Virus record (IMG/VR): IMGVR_UViG_3300032233_000294
Span: 1 to 62,194 of that record
Strand: one strand, 5' to 3'
DNA: 62,194 nucleotides
Source: a virus
Lineage: Duplodnaviria; Caudoviricetes
Shown here: in pieces, positions 26,312-36,442 of the stretch
Layout: each line of letters starts with the position of its first letter
How positions within the stretch are numbered: the first letter of the stretch is position 1
The notes under the pieces: generated by a model
Databases searched by the model: none
Seen by the model: only the letters and a program-made list of their open reading frames with translations
What the model was told of the DNA's origin: nothing
Program-made: the position numbers and the translations under genes

Positions 26312-27430
26312 ATGGCAGCAACAACAACTCTTTTGAGCTTGGTCACCCCCACACAGGGCACGCTCTCTGGTACGTGGGGCGACACAGTCAACTACGGTAT
26401 TACCGATTACCTTGACATTGCCATTGCGGGCACATTGTCTTTTGCGGGTGACGGCGCTATTACATTAGCAAACACCACAGGTAGCGCGTCAGGAAACGCA
26501 ATAACTACTACAACAGCCCAGTACATGGTGATCCGCATCACTGGCACGCAAACTGTTACCAAGGTTATTACAGGACCAAGCTACAGCAAGCTGTACATGG
26601 TGGATCACGCAGGCGCTACTAGCGCGGTAACTTTTAAAGCTGCTGGTCAGACAGGTGTCTCTATTGCTGTGGGCGAGAAATGTTTTGTTTACTACAACGG
26701 CACTGACTATGTAAAAGTAGCCACTAGCGCGGCTGGCACAGTGACGAGCGCAAGCGTAGTGTCTGCCAATGGCTTTGCGGGCACAGTTGCAACCGCAACG
26801 ACAACGCCTGCTATCACTGTTACAACATCCATTACTGGTGTTTTGAAAGGCAATGGCACTGCAATCTCCGCCGCTACAGCGGGTACTGACTATGTGACTC
26901 CAACAGGCACAGAAACGCTGACCAACAAGACCATTGCTTTTGGTAGCAACACCTTGTCTGATGTGGCAAGTCTATCTACAGCCCAGACTTTTACAGGCAC
27001 AAAGACTCTTGCTGGCACATCATCAGCACTTGCGATGATCTTAACTGACACGGCGGAGATCGCTACAGTATCAGCTACAGCGGCTACTGGCACGATTAAC
27101 TACGATGTAACTACCCAATCTGTTATTTACTACACGACTGCCGCATCAGCAAACTGGACAGTTAATTTCAGAGCTTCTAGCGGCACTTCTTTGAACACTG
27201 CTATGACAACGGGTCAGTCTGTAACGGCTGCTTTTCTTGTTACTCAGGGTGCAACTGCTTATTACAACTCTGTGGTTCAAGTGGATGGCTCAACCGTTAC
27301 TCCTAAGTATCAAGGCGGTACAGCACCAGCGGCTGGTAATGCTTCAAGCGTGGATGTGTACATGTACACCATCGTCAAGACGGGCAGTGCGGCATTTACT
27401 GTATTTGCTTCACAAACCAAATTTGCTTAA
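26312..27430 (+). CDS. Tail fibre, proximal part
   Basis: SGTWGDTVN N-terminus; TETLTNKT and AQTFTG fibre motifs. Confidence 0.7.
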   Translation: MAATTTLLSLVTPTQGTLSGTWGDTVNYGITDYLDIAIAGTLSFAGDGAITLANTTGSASGNAITTTTAQYMVIRITGTQTVTKVITGPSYSKLYMVDHAGATSAVTFKAAGQTGVSIAVGEKCFVYYNGTDYVKVATSAAGTVTSASVVSANGFAGTVATATTTPAITVTTSITGVLKGNGTAISAATAGTDYVTPTGTETLTNKTIAFGSNTLSDVASLSTAQTFTGTKTLAGTSSALAMILTDTAEIATVSATAATGTINYDVTTQSVIYYTTAASANWTVNFRASSGTSLNTAMTTGQSVTAAFLVTQGATAYYNSVVQVDGSTVTPKYQGGTAPAAGNASSVDVYMYTIVKTGSAAFTVFASQTKFA

Positions 27431-27439
27431 AGGACAACC

Positions 27440-29428
27440 ATGCCATTAGTTCAAACTAGAGGTGCGGCATCGGCTCAAGGCTTTGGTGAGTTTGCACAGG
27501 TAACTACTGCCAACTACATTGAGGATGTGTTTTCTACGTATCTTTATACGGGTCAAGGCGCTGGTATAACCATTGCAAACGGCATTGATTTGTCTACAAA
27601 TGGTGGGATGGTTTGGGTTAAAAACCGATCACAATCACAAGATCATTTTATACAAGATACTGCTAGAACTAATTCTTATTATTTGGCTTCAAATTTAACT
27701 AACCCTGCAATCAACGGGGGCGTTACTGCAACATACAACACCACGGGTTTTAGTTTTTCTGGAGGAACAACTGCCTATGCAAACTCAGGGGATAATTACT
27801 GCTCATGGACATTCCGCGAACAGCCTAAGTTTTTTGATATTGTGACTTATACGGGGGATGGTGTTGCTGGTAGAAATATTGCACATAATCTTGGTAGCGT
27901 TCCCGGTTGCATCATTGTAAAGGCAACAAATAATACTAGGTCTTGGGCCGTATATCACCGTTCTTTAGGGGCCACAAAATACATATATCTTAATTCAACA
28001 GGTGGCAGTGGCACAACTAATGCTTTTTGGAATGACACAGAACCAACAAGCACAGTATTTACCGTTCGTAACGATGGCGATGTTAACGGTCCTAGCACAA
28101 CCTACGTAGCCTACCTATTCGCCCATGACGCAGGAGGCTTTGGCCTGACGGGTACGGACAATGTGATTAGCTGTGGGTCGTACACAGGTAATGGTTCTGC
28201 GACAGGGCCTATTGTTAATCTTGGATACGAGCCACAATGGATTTTGGTAAAACGAGCTTCTGGTGGAACATCTAATTGGCAGATAATAGATGTTATGCGT
28301 GGAGTAACTGCGGCTCCCGGTGCTGTTGTTTCAAGTCTTTTCCCAAATTTGTCTGATGCAGAAAATCCTGCGGCGTCAGCCTTGGGTTTAAATTCAACGG
28401 GATTTCAAATTACTAACGGTGGGACGGGCGTAAACGCTTCAGGTTCCACCTACATCTACATAGCCATACGCCGTGGCCCTATGAAAGTGCCTACTGATGG
28501 GACTAAGGTGTTTGCTCCTATAACTTATTCTGGAAATAGTACTGCAAGAACAATTACAACAAATTTTGTTACTGATTTAACTATTACAAGAAGCAGAACA
28601 GAGGCATTAAATACAACTGGTTCAAATTGGGTAGATAGATTAAGAGGAAAAAATTTATTTCTTGATTCAAGCAGCACATCTGCAGAACAGTCTGCATCTG
28701 ATACTATTACTGGATTTGACATAAATACAGGATATTATCTAGGAACTGATAGCGGTACTTGGGGATTTAATAAAACTGGTGAAAACTATGTTTCTTGGGA
28801 TTTCCAACGCGCCCCCAGTTTCTTTGATGAGGTTTGCTACACGGGGACGGGAAGTGCTACAACCCAAACCCATAACTTGGGCGTAGTGCCTGAGATGATG
28901 ATTGTTAAACGCAGAGATACCGCAGGATATAACTGGAATGTGTATTTAAGTACATTGGGCGCATCAAGTGGTTTATGGCTTAATAATACAACTGGAGAAT
29001 TAACTGGTGTTGTATATTGGAATAGTACATCGCCAACTTCATCGGTGTTTAGTATTGGCTCTAATGTTCAAGTCAATGCTTCAGGCGGCACTTATGTCGC
29101 CTATCTATTTGCAACCTGCGCTGGTGTTTCCAAAGTAGGCTCTTACACAGGCAACGGTACAACCCAGACCATCAACTGCGGTTTTACTGCGGGTGCAAGG
29201 TTCGTCCTCATCAAGCGCACCGATACTACTGGCGATTGGTACGTCTACGATACAGCCCGTGGCATGACGGTATTGACAGACCCGTACCTGTGGTTAAACA
29301 GCACAAACGCTGAAGTGGCTACGCTAGGCTCTGTAACTACAGTATCAACAGGCTTTGCGCTGAACTCAGCAATTGTGGCGGCAATCAATGTAAGCGCTGG
29401 AACCTACATCTTCTTGGCAATCGCATAA
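27440..29428 (+). CDS. Tail fibre / receptor-binding protein with repeated YTGNG domains
   Basis: About six repeats of YTG[N/D]G...P.....K.R....W; followed by a chaperone. Confidence 0.75.
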   Translation: MPLVQTRGAASAQGFGEFAQVTTANYIEDVFSTYLYTGQGAGITIANGIDLSTNGGMVWVKNRSQSQDHFIQDTARTNSYYLASNLTNPAINGGVTATYNTTGFSFSGGTTAYANSGDNYCSWTFREQPKFFDIVTYTGDGVAGRNIAHNLGSVPGCIIVKATNNTRSWAVYHRSLGATKYIYLNSTGGSGTTNAFWNDTEPTSTVFTVRNDGDVNGPSTTYVAYLFAHDAGGFGLTGTDNVISCGSYTGNGSATGPIVNLGYEPQWILVKRASGGTSNWQIIDVMRGVTAAPGAVVSSLFPNLSDAENPAASALGLNSTGFQITNGGTGVNASGSTYIYIAIRRGPMKVPTDGTKVFAPITYSGNSTARTITTNFVTDLTITRSRTEALNTTGSNWVDRLRGKNLFLDSSSTSAEQSASDTITGFDINTGYYLGTDSGTWGFNKTGENYVSWDFQRAPSFFDEVCYTGTGSATTQTHNLGVVPEMMIVKRRDTAGYNWNVYLSTLGASSGLWLNNTTGELTGVVYWNSTSPTSSVFSIGSNVQVNASGGTYVAYLFATCAGVSKVGSYTGNGTTQTINCGFTAGARFVLIKRTDTTGDWYVYDTARGMTVLTDPYLWLNSTNAEVATLGSVTTVSTGFALNSAIVAAINVSAGTYIFLAIA

Positions 29429-29437
29429 GGAAACATC

Positions 29438-29941
29438 ATGCAAATCAGAATCAGAACATCAGGCGCAGTAATGTACGAGGCAGAGTTTCGTGCATATCAA
29501 AAAGCCAATGGTGGCCCTACATGGGATACAACAACAGATGAAGTCTTAGACAGCTTGGGTGCTGACGTTGTCTTTGAAGGCCCACAAGCATCTGGTGGCA
29601 CTGTCTATCAGACTTCAGTCTACGGTGGCGTGGAGCAGCTTGACGGCAAGTGGTACACCAAGTACATCCTCGGCCCAGTGTTCACAGACACCCCCGCAAC
29701 GGACACAACCCCTGCCAAGACTGCGGCTGAGAACGAAGCTGCATACAAGGCCATGAAGGACGCAGAGCAAGCCACATCTGTACGCAACTCGCGTACAGAA
29801 AAGCTCAAAGACAGCGACTGGACACAACTTGCCGACAGCACTGCTGACAAGGCTGCATGGGCTACATACCGTACTGCCCTGCGCAACGTGCCTGCACAAG
29901 CGGGCTTTCCTTGGACTATTGTTTGGCCTGACGCTCCTTAA
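29438..29941 (+). CDS. Tail fibre assembly chaperone
   Basis: R..R...L..SDWTQL.D...WATYR.ALR.VP.Q.GFP..I.WP..P. Confidence 0.85.
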   Translation: MQIRIRTSGAVMYEAEFRAYQKANGGPTWDTTTDEVLDSLGADVVFEGPQASGGTVYQTSVYGGVEQLDGKWYTKYILGPVFTDTPATDTTPAKTAAENEAAYKAMKDAEQATSVRNSRTEKLKDSDWTQLADSTADKAAWATYRTALRNVPAQAGFPWTIVWPDAP

Positions 29942-29947
29942 TCATGT

Positions 29948-30103
29948 ATGCGCTGGCTGTTGGTGCTCTTTTTGGTGTTTCTACCGGGAGCAGCCAGCCA
30001 AGATAAAAAGACCGAATACCGCTGTGTGCGGTGGACGTGGACGGGAGATGTCTATAACCGCAGAGTTGTTTGCCTACAGTGGGAAAAGGTTGAACGAAAA
30101 TGA
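29948..30103 (+). CDS. 51-aa exported peptide with two Cys (not in ORF track)
   Basis: MRWLLVLFLVFLPGAAS signal-like N-terminus; YRCVRWTWTGDVYNRRVVCLQW; ATGA-coupled. Confidence 0.6.
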   Translation: MRWLLVLFLVFLPGAASQDKKTEYRCVRWTWTGDVYNRRVVCLQWEKVERK

Positions 30104-30594
30104 TTGATCCGCTCACAGCCCTAGCGGGGATACAGGCGGCGGTTGCGCTAATCAAAAAGGTCAGCAAGACCGTCGATGATGTGTCTTCACTTGGCCCTGT
30201 TTTGGGCAAGTACTTTGATGCAAAGTCCACGGCAACTAAGGCTGTTTCTCAGGCCAAAAAGTCCAAGTCCAGCATGGGAGTTGCCATCCAAATTGAGATG
30301 GCGCTTGACCAAGCAAAAAGGTTTGAGGCCGAGTTGCAGTTGCTGTTTATGCAGGCTGGTAAGGTAGATGTCTGGAACAAGATAAAAGAACGAGCGGCAG
30401 CAATGGATGTTGAAGCGGCCCACGATGCTAGGCGAGAAAAAGAAGCATTGGCAAAGCACAAAAAAGAAGTTGAAGAAGCTATTGAGATTGTGTTACTGGC
30501 CTTGGTCTTCTTTGCTTTGATAGGGTTTGTTGTCTATCTGTCTTTTACGATTCTTGAACAATGCGCTGGCAAATGTGACTTTCAAAGGAGATAA
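30100..30594 (+). CDS. Coiled-coil membrane protein in the lysis region
   Basis: C-terminal TM IVLLALVFFALIGFVVYL. Confidence 0.7.
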   Translation: MIDPLTALAGIQAAVALIKKVSKTVDDVSSLGPVLGKYFDAKSTATKAVSQAKKSKSSMGVAIQIEMALDQAKRFEAELQLLFMQAGKVDVWNKIKERAAAMDVEAAHDARREKEALAKHKKEVEEAIEIVLLALVFFALIGFVVYLSFTILEQCAGKCDFQRR

Positions 30595-30596
30595 AC

Positions 30597-30914
30597 ATGG
30601 CTGAAGAACAGAAAGAAAGCGCAAAAGGCGCACTGATTGAAAAACTCACCTTTGCCGTCCTCCCACTGCTGTTCAGCTGCGTGGTGTACCTGATGTCGGC
30701 GCTGTCAAATCTGGCGCATGAGGTCACTATTCTCAACAGTAAGATAAGTCTAGTGGTCACATCAGACAACAAGCAAGCATCAAATACAGGCGCTGAACTG
30801 GCGCGTGAAAAACTGCGTCAGGACTTGGAAAAAGAAATCCAAAAGAACAGGGATGACATCATGCACAACCGCCAAAGTATTGCAGTCATTGAAACTAAAA
30901 TGGAGAGAAAATAA
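30597..30914 (+). CDS. N-terminal TM plus coiled-coil protein
   Basis: TFAVLPLLFSCVVYLM; AAAGGAG RBS. Confidence 0.7.
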   Translation: MAEEQKESAKGALIEKLTFAVLPLLFSCVVYLMSALSNLAHEVTILNSKISLVVTSDNKQASNTGAELAREKLRQDLEKEIQKNRDDIMHNRQSIAVIETKMERK

Positions 30915-31411
30915 TGGACTGGCTAAAACAAATTGCGCCAACAATTGCTACGGCAATGGGTGGCCCCTTGGCAGGCATGGCTGTGTCTGCTATCTCCAAA
31001 GCAATCGGTGTTGACCCCGACAAGGTGGGTGACCTGATCTCCAACAACAAGTTGTCAGCAGAGCAAATAGCTCAAGTCAAAATTGCTGAGATCGAGTTGC
31101 AGAAACAAGCGCAGGAGCTTGGCCTGAACTTTGAAAAACTGGAGGTTGAGGACAGGAAATCCGCACGGGAGATGCAGGCTACCACCCGCAGCTTGATGCC
31201 GCCAATACTCGCTGCTACGGTCACCGTGGGATTTTTTGGCATTATGGTGATGATGTTTATTGGCAAAGTAGACAGCGCCAACCCTGCTATTTTGATGATG
31301 TTGGGGAGCCTTGGTACGGCGTGGACGGGAATAATCGCGTATTATTTTGGTTCTAGCGCAGGCTCTCAAGCCAAGACCGATTTACTCTCCAAGGCAGGGC
31401 CAGTTAAATGA
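30914..31411 (+). CDS. Probable holin (3TM type)
   Basis: DRKSAREMQ, two C-terminal TMs, YYFGSSAGS; precedes the endolysin. Confidence 0.7.
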   Translation: MDWLKQIAPTIATAMGGPLAGMAVSAISKAIGVDPDKVGDLISNNKLSAEQIAQVKIAEIELQKQAQELGLNFEKLEVEDRKSAREMQATTRSLMPPILAATVTVGFFGIMVMMFIGKVDSANPAILMMLGSLGTAWTGIIAYYFGSSAGSQAKTDLLSKAGPVK

Positions 31412-31836
31412 ACCTTACCGAACACTTTACGCTGGAAGAACTGACTGCTACTAGCCATCGTCAGTTTGACAATACACCCAACGACTCAGAGTTGGCAAGC
31501 CTTCTGCGGCTGGCTGAGTTTTTGGAGCAGGTAAAGACGGCGCTGGATGGCAAGCCGATCATGATTAACTCTGGGTTTCGGTCAAAGCAGGTTAACGACA
31601 GCGTAGGCTCCAAGGACACGAGCCAGCACCGTATTGGTTGTGCAGCAGACCTACGTGTCCCGGGCATGACGCCTGATGCTGTGGTCAAGGCTGTGATTGC
31701 TGCGGGTTTACCTTTTGACCAAATCATCCGTGAGTTTGATTCATGGACGCATATTAGTGTGACGAACACCCCAGACGGCACTCCCCGTAAACAAGCGCTT
31801 ATCATTGACAAAGCGGGCACTCGACCTTTCGCCTGA
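31408..31836 (+). CDS. Endolysin, peptidase M15 family
   Basis: HFTLEEL, INSGFRS, SQH..GCAAD, WTHIS zinc ligands. Confidence 0.88.
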   Translation: MNLTEHFTLEELTATSHRQFDNTPNDSELASLLRLAEFLEQVKTALDGKPIMINSGFRSKQVNDSVGSKDTSQHRIGCAADLRVPGMTPDAVVKAVIAAGLPFDQIIREFDSWTHISVTNTPDGTPRKQALIIDKAGTRPFA

Positions 31837-31854
31837 TTCATGGGAAAATGAGAC

Positions 31855-33978
31855 ATGCCACTACAAAAAATTCTGTTCAAGCCGGGGGTAAATAAAGAAA
31901 ACACCCGCTACACCACCGAAGGGGGGTGGTATGAGGCCGACAAGGTGCGGTTTCGTCAAGGCAGTCCGGAAGTTATTGGTGGCTGGCAACCTTTCTCCGC
32001 TGCCACGTTCCAAGGCGTATGCCGGTCTTTGTGGAACTGGGTAACGCTTGGTGGCAATAATCTACTTGGCGTTGGCACAAACCTCAAGTTCTACCTCAAT
32101 CAAGGTGGTCTCTACTACGACATCACGCCAATCCGTGCGTCTTCTACGATCAACAACAACCCGTTTGCCTTAACCGCTTCGACAACCGTTACTGTGACAG
32201 ATACAAATCATGGCGCGTTGACAGGAGATTTTGTAACTTTTAGCGGTGCTGTAGCTATTGGCAGTGGCGGCACAAATGTTACGGCTACAGTACTTAACCA
32301 ACAGTTTCAAGTCACCGTATTGACGGCTAACACGTACACAATTGTAATTTCTGTAACGCCAAATGCCACGGCTATTGCTGGTTCTCCCGGCGGCGGTGCT
32401 TCTGTTGTAGCTACATACCAAATCGGTGTTGGCCCTGCCATTCCTACCCCCCTTGTAGGTTGGGGCGCTGGTAGTTGGGGTGAGTCGGGTACAACATGGG
32501 GCAATGGCGGGACATCTACGTCAGCACTTCGTTTGTGGAACCAAATTAATTACGGTCAAGATTTAGTTTACGGCCCCCGTAACGGTGCTATTTACTACTG
32601 GAATGCAGCTAACACTGTAAGCACTCGGGGCGTGTTGCTCAATTCTTTAGGCGGTACAGTTACTTTTACCAATGCTTCACCAACTGTGGTGACTTCAACC
32701 ATTCTATATACAGAGGGCGCGGCGCTTCAGTTTGCGGCCACTACATCTTTACCCACGGGCATCTCTGCGGCAACTACGTATTATGTATTTGAAGTTAATG
32801 GGTTGACGTTTAAGCTTTTGGACGGCGCAGGTAATGCGGTCAATACATCAAGTACGGGTACAGGTGTGTACATTTCTTTAATTGTAGATGTGCCTACAGT
32901 GCAGAACAATCTTACAGCGTCCGACAGTTCGCGTTTTATAATTACGTTTGGCTGTAACGACTACGGCTCAAACGTGCTAGACCCCATGTTAATTCGCTGG
33001 TCAGCACAAGACGATATCTACAACTGGACACCGTCAATTACAAACCAAGCGGGTAGCATTCGTATATCTCATGGCTCAGAAATTGTAGGTATCGTACAAA
33101 CTCGTCAAGAGATCGTGGTGTTTACCGACTCGGCTATATATTCACTTCAGTATCTTGGCCCTCCTTACGTTTGGGTGCCGCAGCTTCTTGGCGACAACAT
33201 TTCTATCATGAGTCCTAACGCAGCTGTGATTGCTTCGGGCGTTGTGTACTGGATGGGAGTGGATAAGTTTTACCAATACGATGGCCGCGTGCAAACGCTT
33301 AACTGTGATCTGCGCCGCCATGTGTTTGGTGACCTTAACCAAGAGCAAGCACTGCAAGTGTTTGCGGGAACAAGTGAAGGTTTCAATGAGGTCTGGTGGT
33401 TCTACTGCTCGGCTAACAGTACTGTAGTAGACAAGTACGTTATCTACAATTATCTTGAAAATGTCTGGTACTACGGAACTATGTCACGTACAGCTTGGCT
33501 TGACTCTGGGTTACAGGATGTTCCTATTGCGGCAAACTACGTCACTGCCACGCTCACAGGTAACTTGATTAACCATGAGACGGGCTTGAACGACAACACA
33601 ACCGGCACCGCTACTGCAATTAATGCTTACATCAGCTCGTCTGAGTTTGATATTGGCGACGGTCATAACTTTGGTTTTGTGTGGCGCGTCTTACCTGATT
33701 TAACTTTTGGGAATGCCACTAACAGCCCTGCTGCCGTTGCTCCACAGGTAACTATGACGTTGTACGGTCTAACCAATTCGGGCTCTGGAACCACAAGCAG
33801 CGCTGACGGCATCGTTGCAAAGGGCAGTACCTATGTCATTACCGAAGAGTTTACGGGGCAAATCTTTACCCGTATGCGCGGTCGCCAGATGATCCTTAAG
33901 ATTGGCTCTAACCAAGTTAATACAACATGGCAACTGGGCGCTCCTAGAATTGACATTAGAGCGGACGGTAGACGCTAA
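31855..33978 (+). CDS. Tail hub / DNA stabilisation protein (P22 gp10-like)
   Basis: KPGVNKE, KVRFRQG, IRWSAQDD...W.P...NQAG, NEVWWFY, RTAW.D, DGRR end. Confidence 0.75.
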   Translation: MPLQKILFKPGVNKENTRYTTEGGWYEADKVRFRQGSPEVIGGWQPFSAATFQGVCRSLWNWVTLGGNNLLGVGTNLKFYLNQGGLYYDITPIRASSTINNNPFALTASTTVTVTDTNHGALTGDFVTFSGAVAIGSGGTNVTATVLNQQFQVTVLTANTYTIVISVTPNATAIAGSPGGGASVVATYQIGVGPAIPTPLVGWGAGSWGESGTTWGNGGTSTSALRLWNQINYGQDLVYGPRNGAIYYWNAANTVSTRGVLLNSLGGTVTFTNASPTVVTSTILYTEGAALQFAATTSLPTGISAATTYYVFEVNGLTFKLLDGAGNAVNTSSTGTGVYISLIVDVPTVQNNLTASDSSRFIITFGCNDYGSNVLDPMLIRWSAQDDIYNWTPSITNQAGSIRISHGSEIVGIVQTRQEIVVFTDSAIYSLQYLGPPYVWVPQLLGDNISIMSPNAAVIASGVVYWMGVDKFYQYDGRVQTLNCDLRRHVFGDLNQEQALQVFAGTSEGFNEVWWFYCSANSTVVDKYVIYNYLENVWYYGTMSRTAWLDSGLQDVPIAANYVTATLTGNLINHETGLNDNTTGTATAINAYISSSEFDIGDGHNFGFVWRVLPDLTFGNATNSPAAVAPQVTMTLYGLTNSGSGTTSSADGIVAKGSTYVITEEFTGQIFTRMRGRQMILKIGSNQVNTTWQLGAPRIDIRADGRR

Positions 33979-34250
33979 TGGCTGAACTAAGCGCAACCCC
34001 ACCAAGCCTACCGTTGCCCCCTGACGCGTATGAGAGCCGCTATTTCAGTCAGCTGAACAACATTTTACGTCTGTACTTTAATCAGCTAAACAACCCCGGC
34101 AACATGGGCGGGGCTACGCTTAACTTAAATCTTGACACCCTGCCAACTGAAGCCGACTTTGCTAATTTAAGGCTGGGTGATGTTTACAGAGACACACAAG
34201 ACGGCGTACAAGATGGCAGTCAAATGCTTCGCATAAAGACATCGACGTGA
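33978..34250 (+). CDS. Small tail-associated protein
   Basis: LP.PP..Y...Y..QLNNILRLYFNQL; coupled to the hub gene. Confidence 0.65.
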   Translation: MAELSATPPSLPLPPDAYESRYFSQLNNILRLYFNQLNNPGNMGGATLNLNLDTLPTEADFANLRLGDVYRDTQDGVQDGSQMLRIKTST

Positions 34251-34282
34251 TATTATTAACTAGCCTTAACTAGAGCAAAAAC

Positions 34283-34633
34283 ATGGACATTGACGCTATT
34301 AGTAAAAACCCCAAGTACAAGAAGACTGATCTTGATTATGTGGAGTTTGTTGAGGTAGACGACATCTGGGTCCGCTCCTATACGATTCCAAAGTCTAAGA
34401 CTGTTTTAGCTCAGCATGTTCACACCCATCCTCATGTGACGTTGATCTCGCATGGCGCTGTGGAAGCTTGGCAAGATGACGAGACCATGGGGCGCTTTGA
34501 CGCCCCTGCTGTTATTACGATTCCTGCGGGCAAGAAGCACGCATTCATGGCGCTGACCGACGATGTAGTGCTGTGCTGTTTACATAACCTTCGCGGCACG
34601 GGGCTAGAGTCGCCAGAAATCAAGGAGTTTTAA
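34283..34633 (+). CDS. Cupin-fold protein
   Basis: QHVHTHPH.T....G and IPAGKKHAF motifs. Confidence 0.8.
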   Translation: MDIDAISKNPKYKKTDLDYVEFVEVDDIWVRSYTIPKSKTVLAQHVHTHPHVTLISHGAVEAWQDDETMGRFDAPAVITIPAGKKHAFMALTDDVVLCCLHNLRGTGLESPEIKEF

Positions 34634-34634
34634 C

Positions 34635-36440
34635 ATGCCAATTTTTGCCGCCTTTTTTGCCGTTGCTCCTGAGATGCTTGCGATTGAAGCCGCTGGCGCT
34701 ACCGCTGCCGAGATTGCCGCTGCCGAAGCCGCCGCTGCCGCCGCTGCTGAAACTGCCGCCGCTACCGCCGCCGCTGAAACCGCCGCTGCGCAAGTTGGTC
34801 TTACCGCCGCTGAGCAAGCCGCGCAGGCAGGCATTATGGAAGTTGGTGGGGCTACTGCAAATACCGCCGCCACTGCTCCTCTTACTACGGCAGAAGCAGT
34901 TCAGACTGCCGCGCAGCAAGCAGGTCAAAATCTTGCTCCCGAAACTCTTACTAGAGGAATTCAAGGCGTTCCTGAAGTTATTCCTGAAGTCGCCAATCCG
35001 GGGATTCAGAACGTTCCTTATGAGTTCTCGCAAGCCGAACTTGATGCTATGACTCGTGGCCAAGAAATAGCCAGAGCAAGCTCTGCTGCTCCTCCTACGG
35101 AAGTAACAGCCGGTTTCAATCTTAAAGGCACGATGCTAGAGAACACTCCTTTTAATAGTCCTGCCTCTGTAACAAATGAAATGTTGCGTTCTGGGTATGG
35201 TCCTGCTGCCCCTGCCCCCGTTGCACCCCCCGTTACGCCCGTTGCGCCCCCTGCTAACCCGGGAGTAGTCACTTCTCCTGTATCTGGCTTTGAACCAAAT
35301 CCAAGTTTTGAAGGCTTTACATCTGGCCCTCAAGGAGCTGACCCCAACTATTTTAAATCTACAGTAGCCCCCGGTCCGGAACGGATGACACCGCTTGAGT
35401 ATCAATTAAACGCGCCTCCAAACACTGCGCAAAGTCTGCGTTTTGGGACTAACACGTCAGGCATGACTGTACCGAATACGCAAATTACTTCAGTCTCTCA
35501 AACTCCTATGGCGCAACCCCAGTCTTCTTTAATGAGGGGCCTAGACTCAGCTATAGATTGGGTAAAAGCACATCCATTTCAAGCAGCGTCAGGCGCGTAC
35601 TCGGCGGCTAGCCTGCTAGGTCTTAATAAACCTACCGGCAATGGAGGTAGCAAAGAAGAATACGACGGGCCTCTGTCAAGATACAAGCTGTCTCCTGACT
35701 TTAAAGGTTCTACTGCTAACCCTTTAGATTTTCAATACAAACCTCGCTATGCAGAGGGCGGGGGCATCATGGGGCCCGGCTCATACAACATTCCTGTAGG
35801 CTACGATGAAGGTGGCGATGTACCTGAGTACGCTAAAGGCGGTAACCTTTCTGACTCTATTGAGCAGTATCAAAAAATGCTGGACGGTAAACCGCGAGCA
35901 GCCCTTCCTGCGTCTCGTGATGTAGGTATCTACTACGACCAAGATCCCGACACCCGCTATCAAGATGCGTTGACCGCTGCGCAGATTCGCCAAGCCAAAG
36001 TTAACAAACGTGCAAACGTGGATTTGCCCGGGATGAAACGTCCAACCCCTATGGGTCAATTAAATCTTCGCCCACCCGGAGTAGCGGCTGGGGCTAGCGG
36101 CTCTTCTCTTGATCCTGAAACCGCAGCAAGTGGCGGCATCATGCACTCTAGTCTGGGTGGTTATGCTGCTGGCGGAAATCCACGACTACTTAGAGGCCCC
36201 GGTGACGGCATGTCGGACAACATTCCCGCAACTATTAGCGGACGCCAACCTGCTCGACTTGCTGATGGTGAGTTTGTTATTCCTGCTGATGTGGTGTCAC
36301 ATCTGGGCAACGGCTCTACGGAGGCTGGCGCTAAGCAACTTCATGCGATGATGGACAAAGTACGCAGAGCGCGCACTGGCAACCCTAAACAGGGCAAGAA
36401 CATTAACCCCCAAAAATACATGCCTAAAACACGCGCCTAA
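34635..36440 (+). CDS. Probable internal/ejection protein with five xxxGG motifs and a GPGDG.SD.IPA...L.DGEFV domain
   Basis: Ala-rich N-terminus; YAEGG, YDEGG, YAKGG, AASGG, YAAGG. Confidence 0.65.
   Translation: MPIFAAFFAVAPEMLAIEAAGATAAEIAAAEAAAAAAAETAAATAAAETAAAQVGLTAAEQAAQAGIMEVGGATANTAATAPLTTAEAVQTAAQQAGQNLAPETLTRGIQGVPEVIPEVANPGIQNVPYEFSQAELDAMTRGQEIARASSAAPPTEVTAGFNLKGTMLENTPFNSPASVTNEMLRSGYGPAAPAPVAPPVTPVAPPANPGVVTSPVSGFEPNPSFEGFTSGPQGADPNYFKSTVAPGPERMTPLEYQLNAPPNTAQSLRFGTNTSGMTVPNTQITSVSQTPMAQPQSSLMRGLDSAIDWVKAHPFQAASGAYSAASLLGLNKPTGNGGSKEEYDGPLSRYKLSPDFKGSTANPLDFQYKPRYAEGGGIMGPGSYNIPVGYDEGGDVPEYAKGGNLSDSIEQYQKMLDGKPRAALPASRDVGIYYDQDPDTRYQDALTAAQIRQAKVNKRANVDLPGMKRPTPMGQLNLRPPGVAAGASGSSLDPETAASGGIMHSSLGGYAAGGNPRLLRGPGDGMSDNIPATISGRQPARLADGEFVIPADVVSHLGNGSTEAGAKQLHAMMDKVRRARTGNPKQGKNINPQKYMPKTRA
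34692..34790 (+). repeat. GCC/GCT low-complexity tract encoding poly-Ala
   Basis: Repeated GCCGCCGCT units in frame. Confidence 0.7.
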
Positions 36441-36442
36441 AT

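Noticed and set aside
27440-29428. Diversity-generating retroelement target
   Set aside because: No reverse transcriptase and no adenine-specific template/variable repeat pair was seen
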